DNA of 64,000 nucleotides from Solemya velum. Its lineage: Eukaryota. The position numbers and the translations under genes are program-made. Location: NCBI GenBank assembly GCA_048127485.1, contig JBHNWI010000006.1, positions 46,407,358 to 46,471,357 of the forward strand, in the 5' to 3' direction. Below are positions 38,416 through 50,751 of the stretch, piece after piece. Under the pieces are notes generated by a model. That model ran no database searches, was not told the DNA's origin, and worked only from the letters and a program-made list of their open reading frames with translations. Each line of letters opens with the position of its first letter. Position 1 is the first letter of the stretch.

Positions 38416-39587
38416 TGTTCTATCAACATCCTAGAAAAAGGGGATATTATTATACATAATATGCACATGCATATACTAATAACTAGGATGTGACACAAGA
38501 AGACGATATCATCACATATCTTCCGCTACTACTTATGAAATATTTTTTATTCAAACATGCTACTGCTAGGTCCTTCATAAACGGATAATCGAAGTGTTCT
38601 AGCCTGGGATATTTGCCATTGGATCTGCTCCCTCAGGGACTAGTCCACCCTCCTAGCTAACACCTGTCACCTCCTAGATGGTATTGACATGTGTGTTGAG
38701 TGAAACTATCTGGCACGGTTTTAGAACCTAATGCTCCAGAAACTACGGACCTTTGTTGTTGTTGATGTGTTGTTATTGGTTTTTATTTTTTGTGGAGGGG
38801 GGTATTCGTATCCATCGTAACAGAACATATTGAAAATAAAAACTTGCCCATAGCAGAAGACACAATTAGATCATTAGGTCCTTATGTGTGAAAAAAAATC
38901 ATTCCGTTATCTTTAGCGCATTGGGACTTATGATCCGGAAACAGCAATTTTCATAATTTCGAATATCTGCTTCCATAGTGACAAAGAACTTGTTAAAACG
39001 AAAACATGCTGAGAGCAAAGGGCATTACTAGACAACTGTTTTATGATGTTATCTTCAACGGTTTTGGAGTTATGCCCCGGACACCATCAAAATTGGCTAT
39101 TTGTTTCTATGGTAACAGAAAAAAGTGTGGGAATTAAAAACTTCCAAATAGCAAAAAACACTATTAGACCATTTGATTGACATGTGTACGAAGTCTCAGG
39201 AAGTTATCTTGAACGGTTTTGGAATCATGCTCCGGGAACGCTGTCTGACAGCACGAACAGTGCTCAATTTTATACCCCGTTGCGAAGGATAAAAATATTG
39301 AGAAGTCAAAGATTTTTAATCTTTATTTTCCTCAATTTCCATAATGAACGCTAGGTATTCCCGACTGAAGGGTCGCTGGCTATGGTGCACTCTCGGTATT
39401 TCGTCTAATGTCGATGGAATTTGTAAAATAACATGCAATTATCATGCTACCTTTGGAATCGTTTGGCCTATTATTTTTTATATTAACCTTGAAAGACCAA
39501 GACTGGACAATACAAATCGCAGTGGATGGCAGTTAGACTTCTCAGTGCACAATGGTATCCTGTGGTATTTATCTACACCTCCATCGG

Positions 39588-39848
39588 CAGGGGCGGATCC
39601 AGGATTTGCGCAAAGGGGGACGCAGACCCCAATCGGCGAGCGTCGAAGGCGCGGAGTCTTTGTGCGGAGGGTCTGAGGGACCTCCCCCAGGAAAATGTGA
39701 AAATCCGTAATGTCAAATACGCGTTCTCCTGGGATCTGAGAGCTGGAATTTAAGAGTAAAAAAAAATACTCTCTGAAAAAAACGTTAGTGTGCCGAAATA
39801 AGGAGGGCGCGCGCCGCGTCGCGTGCGCCCCCGCTAAATCCGCGCCTG
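39588..39848 (-). mobile_element. MITE copy C of a ~250-bp family (TIR CAGGSGCGGAT...), flanked by a perfect 5-bp TSD ATCGG. It is inserted into a LINE 3' fragment.
   Basis: 'atcgg|caggggcggatcc...ccgctaaatccgcgcctg|atcgg'. It is the reverse complement of copy A (47920-48174). Confidence 0.85.
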
Positions 39849-39857
39849 ATCGGTGTT

Positions 39858-40200
39858 TTACTACTTTTATACGACTGCAACTCGAATACGCATCAGAAGT
39901 ATGGGATGGATATGGGATACTGAACACAGACCTTTTAGAAAGGATCCAAATAGAAATGGCAAGAATAGTAATTGGATTACCAAGCCATACAAGGAAACAC
40001 ACTGTTACAAAACGGGGTGGGAACCATTAGTGAATAGGCGGGAAAACAGACAACTAATTTTAATCTATAAAATAATAAATACCCCAGTACCCGACTATCT
40101 CTTAGATAGTTTGCCGACAGAAATAAATGCAAGGGCAACTTACAACTTAAGAAATAAGAATAATATTGACGACGTTCGTCCATACTAATTACAACATAAA
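39858..40200 (+). mobile_element. 3' terminal fragment of a CR1/L2-type LINE (C-terminal conserved tail of the pol ORF).
   Basis: 'FIRLQLEYASEVWDGYGILNTDLLERIQIEMARIV...GWEPLVNRRENRQLILIYKIIN' resembles the CR1-like 'LEYCVQ.W.P...KD...LE.VQRRA...LGLFSLEKRRLRGDLI.VYK' tail. There is one frameshift near 40020. The sequence upstream of the MITE (39480-39587) may continue the same element. Confidence 0.6.
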
Positions 40201-42654
40201 TTTGGAACCAATTACCCGCTTCGGCGTGAGATGTTAGAAGTCTAAATGCTGTTCAAAAATGCCTACAGAATACTGACCATAAGCTTGCTCCTAACTACTA
40301 TTACATTGGAAATAGACAACTACAGATTTTCGTAAAATCCACCTCGCTGATTCTCCGGTTCGTTCGTGTGGTCAGGCTCCAGAAACAGCTTCACGTTATT
40401 TAGCATTCTGTCCACTGATAAGCAAAACCTACTTTTAACAACACATATATCGAACAATAATTACAGCATCTCACTAAGGGGATCGGGGGATTTGAGCAGC
40501 ATGGAAAACCAGGCTATAAATATTTAAAAGTACAAACATATATAAAGGAAACTAAACGCTTCTGAAATGAAAATATCAGCAATCCGGAGACCCCCCTCCT
40601 CACATCACACACCACCCCTCCCTCTCACACCCCTACTCCTGCACTCAATATCTTTACTGTATTTTAATTATATATTTATGTATATGTAATACACATATAT
40701 CAAAATTACCTGTTCATCTGTTTTTAATCTGTATGCGGGAAAGGGCGTTCATAAATAGAAACATTTGCTGACCATTTTGACAATAAAACTTTATCAAACA
40801 AAAAAAAATTTGTTGTTTTAATTTTAAATAGATGTCATAACTACATTTGAAACGTCTCATAATTTTGAAAAAAAAAATGATCATCAATTTTACACTTCGT
40901 TTACAACTCGTTCTGTTAGTGTCCAGTCACATCTAACCAAAACACGTGAAGACGTTGACTGACGATACTGACAACAAGATTATAGCCGAAAACTATTGGT
41001 TATATCTTTTCAAGCTACACAAAGCATAAAGGATTTCGCGATAGTTTATATTTTTATTAAAAAGTTACGACTAGACCAAAGGAAACTTGTTATCACAATG
41101 ACCTCAATCGCTCAATGCCAAGATCATCTTGGTTCCAAAAATTGTGTCTCTCCGTGAATTGAGTCACTCCCTATGTATATTAAAAACATAAAAACATAAA
41201 AACATATATAAATAAATATACTATGATTCAGACATCAAAACACACATAAATGAGTTGAGGTCAATGCCATAGTGATTATATTAACCAATGTGACCTTGAC
41301 CTCTCAACACAGTAGGGAACACCATACCATAGACCCAAACGGATATATGTCAAACGGCATTGGATCTAGTCGAGTAGTGCCTAATTAAATTGTTCACAAA
41401 AGAATATGAGCGTAGGGTTTAAACTAAATTTGCCTCAGATATGGACTTTATAGGTATAGCTGTATAAAAAATGTGTGACTAACCTTGGGGAAGAACTCCA
41501 CATCATAGGTTGTCCTTGTGTGCATAGACGCCGCCATTGGTTCAAAATCTATCTTTCTGCAATCAGCTTTTTTCTCGATCTAAAGATAACAAATCGCGTT
41601 AGATGCATAGAAAAGGGACATGCTAGGTCTGTCTAAAATCTACCAAAGCAATATGCAAAGTTACTATACACGCACAATTAAAGTTGCGCTTACCCTTTAC
41701 ATAGTTAAGGCCTGTTAGATGTCCTGCCCTGGCACGGTACTATAGGGCACAGTATTTGGAGCCTAGCCTTCTCTTCTGTCTACATCTTCCATGAATGACC
41801 AGGTACTCATTCACTGCTTGGTACACAGGGAGTGCTTAAAGCCGCTGGCCCCTGGCACTCCAACCACTGAGTCGACCACGGCGCGGCTTCACTCTCTAGC
41901 ATGGTGTGTACTCAATGTCTTTTCGAATAAACTTGATTCCATTTTATGATTCTTAGATGAAAAATGTATCTTTCTCTCTTTATGCCCATCCTTCGGGGAC
42001 ACTTGTTCTATCGGCGGGGTCTCGCGTTCTTTCACTTTCTTGTGTAGTTACGTTGCCATGCATACGGATTGGTGTCTTTTAGTTTGCGATTCTGGCAGTT
42101 GGGTAGCTAGCTGATTTCATGGCACCTTAGTCCTGAGCCCATATGTACCAGCCACAATGACAAACATATGGACACAACTATATGCTATGTCGACACAGCA
42201 TGTTAAATCATACCAGTAGATGAATGCATCCGTTGATCATAAAGATCTCTGTTTCAGTAGGAGGCGACCAGTCCTGTTGCATTTTGCAAATGTCAGCATT
42301 GGTATATATCACCACGAAACTCGGGTCTGTCTGCTAACATTCAACTTGAAGTACTTTAATACCTTACAGTGGTCCCATCCTCCCAATACCCAAAGGGAAC
42401 GCAATATTGTACCACCCAAAAACCCGAAACACTACACAATGTAACCCATAATTATTCTACCTGATGAGTTGTGAAATCTTCACGATAAATTGTTTGCAAA
42501 TCCAGTCCACCAATCACTTCCGAACGCTGAACTGGTGGTCTTATACAGTCACACGGTTTTTGATAGGGCCAATTTTGATAAACCTTGAAATATAAAAACG
42601 TATATTTGATTCTTGTTTTTCTTGTACTAAAAAGTATAATTAATAAAATACGAT

Positions 42655-43030
42655 AACATCAGGTTCGTTGGTTGGTTGGATAGAAGACCTTAGACCTTCA
42701 GACCCATATGTCCGTGAAAGAAAGGGAGAGAGAGAAATAGTAAAAGACGGATACAGATGAACCTGGATACAATATCCCACTTTTGTTCCCGATATAGCCA
42801 CATACTTCTTTACATTGCTGTAAGTTGGTATGTAAACGGAAATCTCAGCCTGGTAGGTCGGTTGGTTGGTTGGTTGTATAGAAACCGTGGGCCGTAGAGC
42901 CATATGTTTGTGAAAAAGAGGAGAGTGAAAGACGGATACAGATGAACCCGGATACAATACCCTACTTTTTCTCGATAGAGCCATCTGGTTCTTTAACATA
43001 CTCGGTACAGAGCACCGATACACTGGTCTT
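42655..43030. repeat. Tandem duplication, 2 copies of about 185 bp each. Each unit begins with a (GGTT)n tract.
   Basis: '..cgttggttggttggatagaagacc..agaccttcagacccatatgtccgtgaaagaaaggg.gagag..a.agacggatacagatgaacc.ggatacaata.ccc.acttt' repeated. The spurious ORF 42640-43023(-) lies across it. Confidence 0.8.
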
Positions 43031-44159
43031 CGGTTTAAAGTCTCATAAGGTCACCCCGAGATTATAGAGACCTCTGAAAATCTGACCGACACCGCGGAGC
43101 TGCTAGCTATAAATAGCGAGAAGACAGGTCATTCGAAGGAAATTTCGAAAACGCAAATTATGCAACAGCCTTGGATATTGTTATCTGCGAAAAAGAAACG
43201 CCGAGGAAAACTTGATGTGATCTCGGTTGGTTACTTTATTAGCAAACCTAAATTGACTAATATTAAAATCATCAATTGGGTTTGGCCACAAATTCTTGAA
43301 CTTAGGATCGACCTCACTAGTACATCGAGATAACAAATAAAGTTGCCATATCAGTTGGAATATGCGGGTGACATGAAGGTACTATCTACACCTATCGACA
43401 TAAAATATTACAATAGTAATAGAAGATGTGCCATATACTCATTTAGTTTAATAATAACTTAATGATAGTGAGGTTCTGGAGATATCGTAGATCAGTGAAG
43501 CCGAGGCCAACTACAGTCTTGAGTTTTGTCGTCAGTTGCGTTGACGTTAATGATCAATGAAACCAAACGGTTAGCGATGAATAGTATTAGTGAGCTACTT
43601 GGCTGAGGTTTCTGTTCACACTCTGACCTACGGCACAGTTACGTGCTCAATGTAAAGAACGGATACACAGGACATCGGTTTATAGTCTCATCTGAAAGAC
43701 ATATGTCTACAACACAAAAAGTTGGAAGTGTTGTGATTGAATAGGCCTACATGCCATCGAATAAAACTTGATTTTCTGGTAAATTTTGGACAACCTTTAG
43801 GGGTCCCTTGCTATAATAAAGAGAATTTTCTCGGAAAGAGATGTCTAGATGCAATTTAAACTCACCGCAGAAAAAGAAACGAATGAAAAAAATTACCCGA
43901 AACATTTTAGAAATAAATAGACCGGAAATAAGAAGATGATTTTTTTTAATTACATCTCCGAAATGGTATGCTAGTTTAAAATGAGTTTCTTTGGGGTTGT
44001 TCAAGATTTATATATGCAACTACTTTTGAATAGACTGTTCAGTGATAGTAAGATAGTTTTTGTAGATTTCAGAATAGTTTAGTATCATGAGACGACTTGT
44101 CTTGTAAAAAATCTGGTTAGTGCTTTCTCCATCATTTTCTTGAACTTGAAGACTCTTTG

Positions 44160-44445
44160 GGGCATCCGTGGCAGAGGGGATAAGGCCCTGCGCTCAACGT
44201 CTAATTCCGATGCCTCTTACATCTCAACGGATCCGAGCCCCGGTTGTAGCAAGGTTTGTATCAAGCAAACTTGTTTTAACTGCGGAAGCATCCTGGGTTT
44301 ATGAGAAAGCTGTCTTCAATGGTCGCAAGCTCTTTCCGTCTACTTCTAGACAGTTTCTTCCTCCTGCTGCTCGCACCGACAGGAGCTTACATAGCCGCAA
44401 TTGTGCTGAACAAACCTCTAAAACAAATCATGCTACGTACTACGT
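44160..44445 (+). repeat. SINE family B, full copy.
   Basis: 'ggcatccgtggcagaggggataaggccctgcgctcaacg...ggatccgagccccggttgtagcaag...' then a body shared with 4270-4618. Partial copies at about 2215-2365, 27590-27725 and 62285-62365. Confidence 0.75.
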
Positions 44446-45399
44446 AGTCTTGTTGCATTTTTCATATTAATTTGTAGCATATGTAATGTGTGGTCATGAT
44501 GCAATTCAAACCAGTAGCATGAGAACTAAAATATTAAAACTAATGAGAAAGTTCAACACAGTTATAGTCTGTCCCAAGACACTGTTCTCATGTTTTCTAT
44601 GTCTCGAGTTCGAGAGTGAAAAATGTATATCAACAGCTGTACACGACTTGTTTCTGGGATTATTTTTGGTGATTCGCGGCTGCCAGGTTCTCCTCACTGT
44701 GTGTTCACGAGCGGGTTCTTCCTCCACCAAGTTCCACCGACGAAGGCCTAATGTTCGATATAGTGATTGAACACAAACCTCCCAAGAGAAATAATTACCA
44801 ACCAACCAAGACAATGGGGAGAATATCTAAAACTAAACTAGCATTCTACATCCAAATTATAACGTATTGTTGAAGTGACATTGCGAAGATATACAGTTTT
44901 CAGATTTCAAAACGCCGCCATATTCTTTCCTAATGGTTAATTTTCAATTTAGAAAAAAAAAACAGCAAACTTGACTCACCGACTGATACTCCGAAGTGGT
45001 GTTATCATCAACATTCAATATTGGTTTGGCGGTTACTGTCTTAGGATCACAGCCAGGTATTTTATTTTTCAAACTGAAATAGTTTTACAAATAGTCAGTT
45101 TGAAGTCCAAATTTAATCATATGTAATATATTGAGAGCAGATCAATAAAATTGTATAAATATACTTTCCACCTGAAGGCTGAAGAACAATTTTGCGGCGT
45201 TCCATATTTGACGTAGAAGTATAATAATTAAAACCAAACAGATTGAAGAAACAAATGAAAATTGAGTTGTGATTAGTTAGTAAATATACCTGTGATGAAT
45301 TTTCAATAAACCATCATCAAAATTTTTCAAAGCTACCATTGCGAGAACATCCAGTAACTGCAGCTAACATACCCTTGCCATCACATCACCTTCATGATA

Positions 45400-45545
45400 T
45401 TTTCACTTGTGACGTCGTATTAATTAGTGACGTCATAGTTATGAGCGACAACACTGTGTCGTACGAAATAATTTCGTTGATCACGTCGTGTGCTGAGTTT
45501 CGTACCAAATTGTACTTTCGTGCAATAATACGTCCGACGAATCAC
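45400..45545. promoter_or_regulatory. CpG-containing cluster of CRE-like motifs: TGACGTCG at about 45410, the perfect palindrome TGACGTCA at about 45428, and CACGTCG at about 45483.
   Basis: Motifs read directly. No gene assigned. Confidence 0.2.
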
Positions 45546-45894
45546 CCAAAAAATAAACTATTGAGAAGTACGTAAGTTGATCATATATAAATAAAAAAGA
45601 GTTTTTTTAGTGACCTTGATGTTAGGAATGTTAGAAAGATATACATAAAACATACCCATACCAATAGCCGCGGACCCATGTTTTAGTTAGGAAGGCGCAT
45701 ATATTCTTGACTTCAGTTTTACACACCCAGTATTTCACACGGGAGACATAAAACTAGTTGCTATATATTAGACGCCGGTCGTCCTAACCACCGAATATGA
45801 TGCGTATTGCTACTGGGGGATGTGCCGTGCCCCATCCTTACAAGAAAACAATAATTTCAATGGTGTAGGCATGACCCAAAAACGACCAAATCGT

Positions 45895-45902
45895 TGCAGT
45901 AG

Positions 45903-45969
<67 letters not shown>

Positions 45970-46065
45970 TTAAAATTATTAATAATAATAGTGATAATAG
46001 TAATAATAGTAATAATAGTAGTAGTAGTAGTAATATTTATAATAACAACAACAATAACAAATAAC

Positions 46066-46120
<55 letters not shown>

Positions 46121-46135
46121 TTAATAATAGTTTTT
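45895..46135. repeat. Compound (AAT)n/(ATA)n/(AGT)n microsatellite block.
   Basis: Direct. It produces the poly-Ile/Asn/Tyr track ORFs 45810-46167. Confidence 0.95.
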
Positions 46136-46559
46136 TTAAAGAAGGTAATTGAATTAGTTACAAACAACTAATCTTCCTTGGAGCGTTTCTAAAAATACTA
46201 TGAACATAATTGGATAATCAACATATATCACATATATATGATATTCACTCGTATCTGCAATAATTTAAATATATATATATTAATTATTTTATTTTATTCC
46301 GAAACAACTGGACTAAAACAGATAAAGAATCAATCATCATACAATCATTACAATTCAAATCTAAACTCACACTGAACAGACACATGAGTAAAAGATGTTG
46401 GCCTAGTATGAATTATAAGAAATAAGGATTTAGCTAGATCACAAGTCATCAAGACCGTGATTTCTAGTATATTCTGCTTCATATTCAGTTTTTAAAACCG
46501 TTTTATAATTTAGCTCAAATGAAACCAGACTAGATCAAAATTTGATGTATGGGAATAGA

Positions 46560-47570
46560 GTTCCAAAAGTGTACACCAGAATAACTAAACGATGTTTTAA
46601 ATAGTTCTATATGTATCTCGGGTAAATCAAATTCCTGTGTGTTGATGATCTCAAGTTATGTGAATTACAGTGCGTAACAGAAAATTCATTCTGTAGATAT
46701 TCAGGCGTAAGGTTACGAATGGTTTTATATACAAGATTACCAATGTGATATTTACATCTATAAGGTAAGAATGACTGGTTTAAATCCTTGAACATATCAA
46801 TCGATGGTGTTAACTGAGGTTTGTTCAAAATCATTCGTGCTGTTTTCTTTTGTAATTTGGTAAGTCGTTCAGTGTGATTTTTAGTTGATAAGCCCCAGAC
46901 TACAGATCCATAATCCAGTATGGAGTGATATAGGCATAATAGAATAGTAGCTGACTTTCCATGTTTAAGAATTTGCTTATTCGGCGAAAAAATCCTAGTT
47001 TGGATGAAAATCTTTTACAATCGCTATCAACTTGTTCATTCTAAGTGAGATATTCATCCACATACACACCTAGTATTTTTTGAAAATTAAGAGATGAGAT
47101 ATTATTGCCACCCATTGCAAGATTAAGAAGATCATCTTGCTTTACCATGTTTTTAGTACCTAATAGCACACATGTAGGTTTTGATGGGTTCAGGGCCATA
47201 TTATTATTAGAGTACAAAATATCAATTTTGTCAATACCATTCTGTAGTTTTTCTTCGATAACAGAGCAATTTTTGCCATCAGCATACATGTCAACATCAG
47301 CAGATTTTGTTACAAGTGGCAAATCGTTTATAAATAGAAGAAATAAAATTGGACCTAGGGTTGAACTCTGTGGGACACCAACCGTTACATTCAAAGAGGA
47401 AGATTTCATATCACCTACTTGAAGATGTTGTTTTCTATTCTGTAAATATGACTCTATTAGGTTTAAAACGCTACCGGAAAATCTATAAAATTTCAGTTTC
47501 CATAACAATATGTTATGATCTACCATATCAAACGCTTTCTTCAGATCGAGGAATACAGATTCCCAGAAGC
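46560..47570 (-). mobile_element. L2-clade LINE fragment carrying the RT C-terminal half and the characteristic 3' tail.
   Basis: ORF 47041-47526(-) 'GVPQSSTLGPILFLLFINDL...MYADGKN' (RT). ORF 46607-46834(-) '...YRCKYHIGNLVYKTIRNLTPEYLQNEF...HNLRSSTHRNLIYPR' resembles the L2 tail 'RI.FK.L.L.YKAL.G.AP.YL..LL......R.LRS'. Confidence 0.75.
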
Positions 47571-47919
47571 CTAGCTATTCGAACTGAGATCAGTCAGTAT
47601 TGGGCCCTGTCCCCGGGTTAATCTGGTCACAATCCCTTCCTCTAAAATTATTGTGATGACATAATATGCAGTTGTGTTCGTACAATTGTCTGTATGGTTG
47701 GTACATATGGACTGAAGTTTGGTGTGCCATTGATTCAACCAACCAACCAACCAACCAATTAACCAACCAATCAACAAACCAACCAAACACTCTTGTGAAA
47801 TGTGTTGCAAGCAATACAAGCCAACCGACGCTCTCAATGCTATATCTGGTTAACCGTAAAAGAGGAATTCCATTGTCAAACGTGCAACCACTCCTTCCAT
47901 AGACAAAATACTGAATGAA

Positions 47920-48174
47920 CAGGCGCTGATTTAGCGGGGGCGCACGCGGCGCCCCCCCCCCCGGCTTATTTCGGCACACTAATGTTTTTTTCAGAGGGTT
48001 CAAATTTTGGTCATATATAAAAATGTTTTTTGCTGGTGATTGACTTAAATTTCAGCCCTCAGATCCCGGGAAAACGCGTATTTAACACTCCAGATTTTCA
48101 CATTTTCCTGGGGGGGGCGGTCACCCCGCACAAAGGCTTCGCCCCCCTTTGCGCAAATACTGGATCCGCCCCTG
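47920..48174 (+). mobile_element. MITE copy A of the same family, with 5-bp TSD ATGAA.
   Basis: 'atgaa|caggcgctgatttagcggggg...ctggatccgcccctg|atgaa'. Confidence 0.85.
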
Positions 48175-48212
48175 ATGAACAACTCCATATACATATGGGA
48201 GATAAGTAGTAC

Positions 48213-48550
48213 TTCACAAGGCTCGTGGCCTACTGGTTAGAGCGACCACTCAGTGACTGGGAGGTCGGAGGCTGGAACCTCGGCTGGGACAAACCGAAAT
48301 GGTATTTTTTGCGGCTGCGGTGTCAGTATAATCTGACTCGCCGACAGGATGTCATGTGGTATGTATGACATTCTGGTGTGGCATCACTTTAAAGAGCGAC
48401 ATCAGTTACTCACACTCACAAACACTTGCCTACATGGTTGTGATTTCACATGATGTGGATATATAATGTACAGCTGTGTTCGGATATATATGTCTGTGTA
48501 GCTCGCGCATGTGGGCTTAAGTCATTAATCCAACCAACCAAACAAATAAC
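48213..48550 (+). repeat. SINE family A, full copy lying next to MITE A.
   Basis: Head 'ggcctactggttagagcgaccactcagtgactgggaggtcggaggctggaacctcggctgggac', then core and body, and the tail '...gtgggcttaagtcattaatccaaccaaccaaacaaataacc'. Confidence 0.8.
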
Positions 48551-49049
48551 CTCTGCTGAACTTCAGTCAAAGAGTAATCCTTGTGCATTACAGAAACTAT
48601 ACTGGACCGCAAAGCTAACATTGCCTCAATAATATCAAAAGCTCTCAGGTGGTGAGGGCTGGAAGAAGGTCCTGGTAGCTCTGGCAGTGAGGGGACGTCA
48701 TGCTGGGAGGTGTGATGTGGGTATCGCGCAAAATGGGGTCTCAGAACTTTCCCAATGTACTGAACAGTCGTTAGGAGTGTTCCTGCTTGATTCAGTGCCA
48801 TCAATTTCATCTCCAATATGGCTCTCGAGATCGCCGGAAGCATTTTGTGCCCGAAGAGCAGCATGTCTCTAGAACAATATCGAATACAAATGCTACTGCA
48901 TGAATATATTATAATTGTAAACTGTTCTGTCTTTCCCCTTACATTATATACTGATGGACCCAAGTCCAAGACACTGAATTGCATTTCTAGTAATTGAGTT
49001 GACGGCTAGTTTTTTATTTTGTTCATATAAAATATCAATTTCATACTCA

Positions 49050-49700
49050 ATGTCATTTTTTATTTTATCTTGTTGATCAAATCTCCAACCATCCAAGAGC
49101 AATGACATTTTATCCCCACTGATGAGAAGAACTGAAAGATCGGGTCTCCAAAAGAAGAAGCTGGTACAAAGTTCTCCGTGTTCTTCGCACAAGTGATGCT
49201 GCACGTGGTATTCACGTGCACACCGAAACCTGGGTTCAACATTCGTATTACAATACCAGTACTTTGCCGAGATACAAATCAGCTCAGAAGATCAAGGCAC
49301 TTGGGAGACTTGATGCTGACCAGAATATACTAGCCGTTGCCAATCACTATCTAGCAAGGATCATCTACAGGCTGAGCGGCGTTCCCTTGCCACTCTTGTC
49401 TATAAACAGCAAAGGACAGCTACTTGTCGAGTAATTAAGTTCACTCGACGAGAATCTTGGCGAAATTATGTCTCTACGTACGCTCATTTCTCCAACCTGT
49501 CTGCAATCAGTATGTCGTGCCATTCGTAGTTTAAAGGGACAATCATCTGGCTTTCAGGCCCCTCGCCACCTTTTGGACAATAATCGTACTATAACTGATC
49601 TCCCCGACATTGCGGATACTCTAGCGGATACTCTAGCATCCACTACCGGCCATAACTCCTCTATTGTCATGTGTAACCCTTCCTCTCTAGAATATCTCAC
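49050..49700 (+). mobile_element. Possible LINE 5' portion (end of the endonuclease domain through the start of RT). Degenerate and low confidence.
   Basis: 'ISPTCLQSVCRAIRSLKGQSSGFQAPRHLL' resembles the conserved LINE RT N-terminal block '...EV..AI..LK..K..GPDGIP.E.LK'. Confidence 0.3.
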
Positions 49701-49867
49701 TTAACTTTTATTTGCCATCTTCTTGTCCCGAAAGACCCTCTTAGTTTAAAATATTTATTCTCCACAAAACATAAAAGAAATGTTAAAAATGCAGTACAAC
49801 AAAAATAATGTCGAATAGGATGGGAACGAAAGCATTGCTTATTACTGTTCCTTTCCTAAAAGACCCT

Positions 49868-50745
49868 TTTGGGTTGTGGGACGGTAATACAATAACCAAC
49901 CAACCAACCACTAACAGCACGAGTTATCGTCCTAGCACTGGACGACCAAGGGTGATAACACAGAGACAAAACTGCCATGTTGTGTGACATCATCTGTGGG
50001 ATCCGTTCATTCGAGCGACTGAAACAACACGTCAGAAAGTGTGATAAGCGACACAGTACGTCGACGTCTCAATCAGGGGCGGATTCAGCACAATTTTTTT
50101 TTTTCAGAGGGTATTTTTTTTGTCATAAATGAAAATGTTTTTTTCAGGTAATTAACTCTTAAATTTCAGCTCTCAGATCCCGGGTGAACGCGTATTTGAC
50201 AAATCAGATTTTCATATTTTCCACCCGCTCCAAGGCTTCGCGCCTTCGCCGCCCGCCGATAAGGGGCTGCGCCCCCCCCCCCCCTTTGCGCAAATCCTTG
50301 ATCCGCCCCTGTCAATAGCGCGAATCTCAGTTGCCATAGACCTTACCATGGACCAATCCTCTCCTCGTTGTCGACGTAAACTATTTCAGTGGGCCGTGCA
50401 GCATCAATATTGCCGATACAGACAGTGAAGAACAGTTCTGTTCACTGACGAGAGTCGTTACTGCGTGTTAACTACAGATGGCACAGTGAGAATATGGCGT
50501 TGACGTGGTCAACGTTATTCATAAACAATTTGTTGTGGAAAGCGACACGTTGGGAGGTCCAAGCATCATGATATTGGGTAGAATCGGTCTGAACCAGAGA
50601 GTGGATCCTGTTTTCTTCCAAAACATGGATCCAGTGGGAGGAAGAGGTGGCATCACAGCAGCGCGTTACATCGACAAAATCTCGTAGACCCACGTCATTT
50701 TGCACGTCACCGGAACCACGTCTTCCAGCATAACAACGCCCGTGA
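49868..50745 (+). mobile_element. Tc1/mariner-superfamily transposase relic. It is interrupted by MITE B (50074-50311) and cut short or followed by a SINE at 50752.
   Basis: 'TGRPRVIT.RQ' (the GRPR motif) at about 49925. After the MITE: 'KLFQWAVQHQYW..VLFTDESRYCVLTTDGTVRIWR.RGQRY...CGKRHVGRSKHHDIG' resembles Tc1 'RL.WA.EH..W....W..VLFSDESRF.L..SDGR.RVWRR.GERY....V..T.KHGGGS.MVWG'. Further on, '...FQHNNAR' resembles 'QQDNAP.H'. Confidence 0.7.
50074..50311 (+). mobile_element. MITE copy B of the same family, with 5-bp TSD TCAAT. It is inserted inside a Tc1/mariner transposase relic.
   Basis: 'tcaat|caggggcggattcagc...cttgatccgcccctg|tcaat'. It shares the internal 'ttcagagggt...aaatttcagcyctcagatcccggg.gaacgcgtattt' sequence with copy A. 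Confidence 0.85.
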
Positions 50746-50751
50746 CCAGAG

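Noticed and set aside
39478-40002. 174-aa minus-strand ORF spanning 39.5-40.0 kb.
   Set aside because: It reads through MITE C on the antisense strand of the LINE tail. It has no motifs and its composition is driven by the GC-rich MITE.
42640-43023. 127-aa minus-strand ORF 'MYRCSVPSMLKNQMALSRKS...'.
   Set aside because: It lies across the two units of the 185-bp tandem duplication, and the internal protein repeat simply mirrors the DNA repeat.
45810-46167. Three overlapping ORFs encoding poly-Ile/poly-Asn/poly-Tyr.
   Set aside because: They are artefacts of the (AAT)n/(ATA)n microsatellite block.
47590-48003. 137-aa minus-strand ORF.
   Set aside because: It spans the (CCAA)n SINE tail and MITE A. 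'GWLVGWLVNWLV' is the repeat translated.
48517-48984. 155-aa minus-strand ORF between the SINE and the LINE-like relic.
   Set aside because: No recognisable domain and it overlaps the SINE-A tail. It may be antisense junk from the decayed LINE 5' region.
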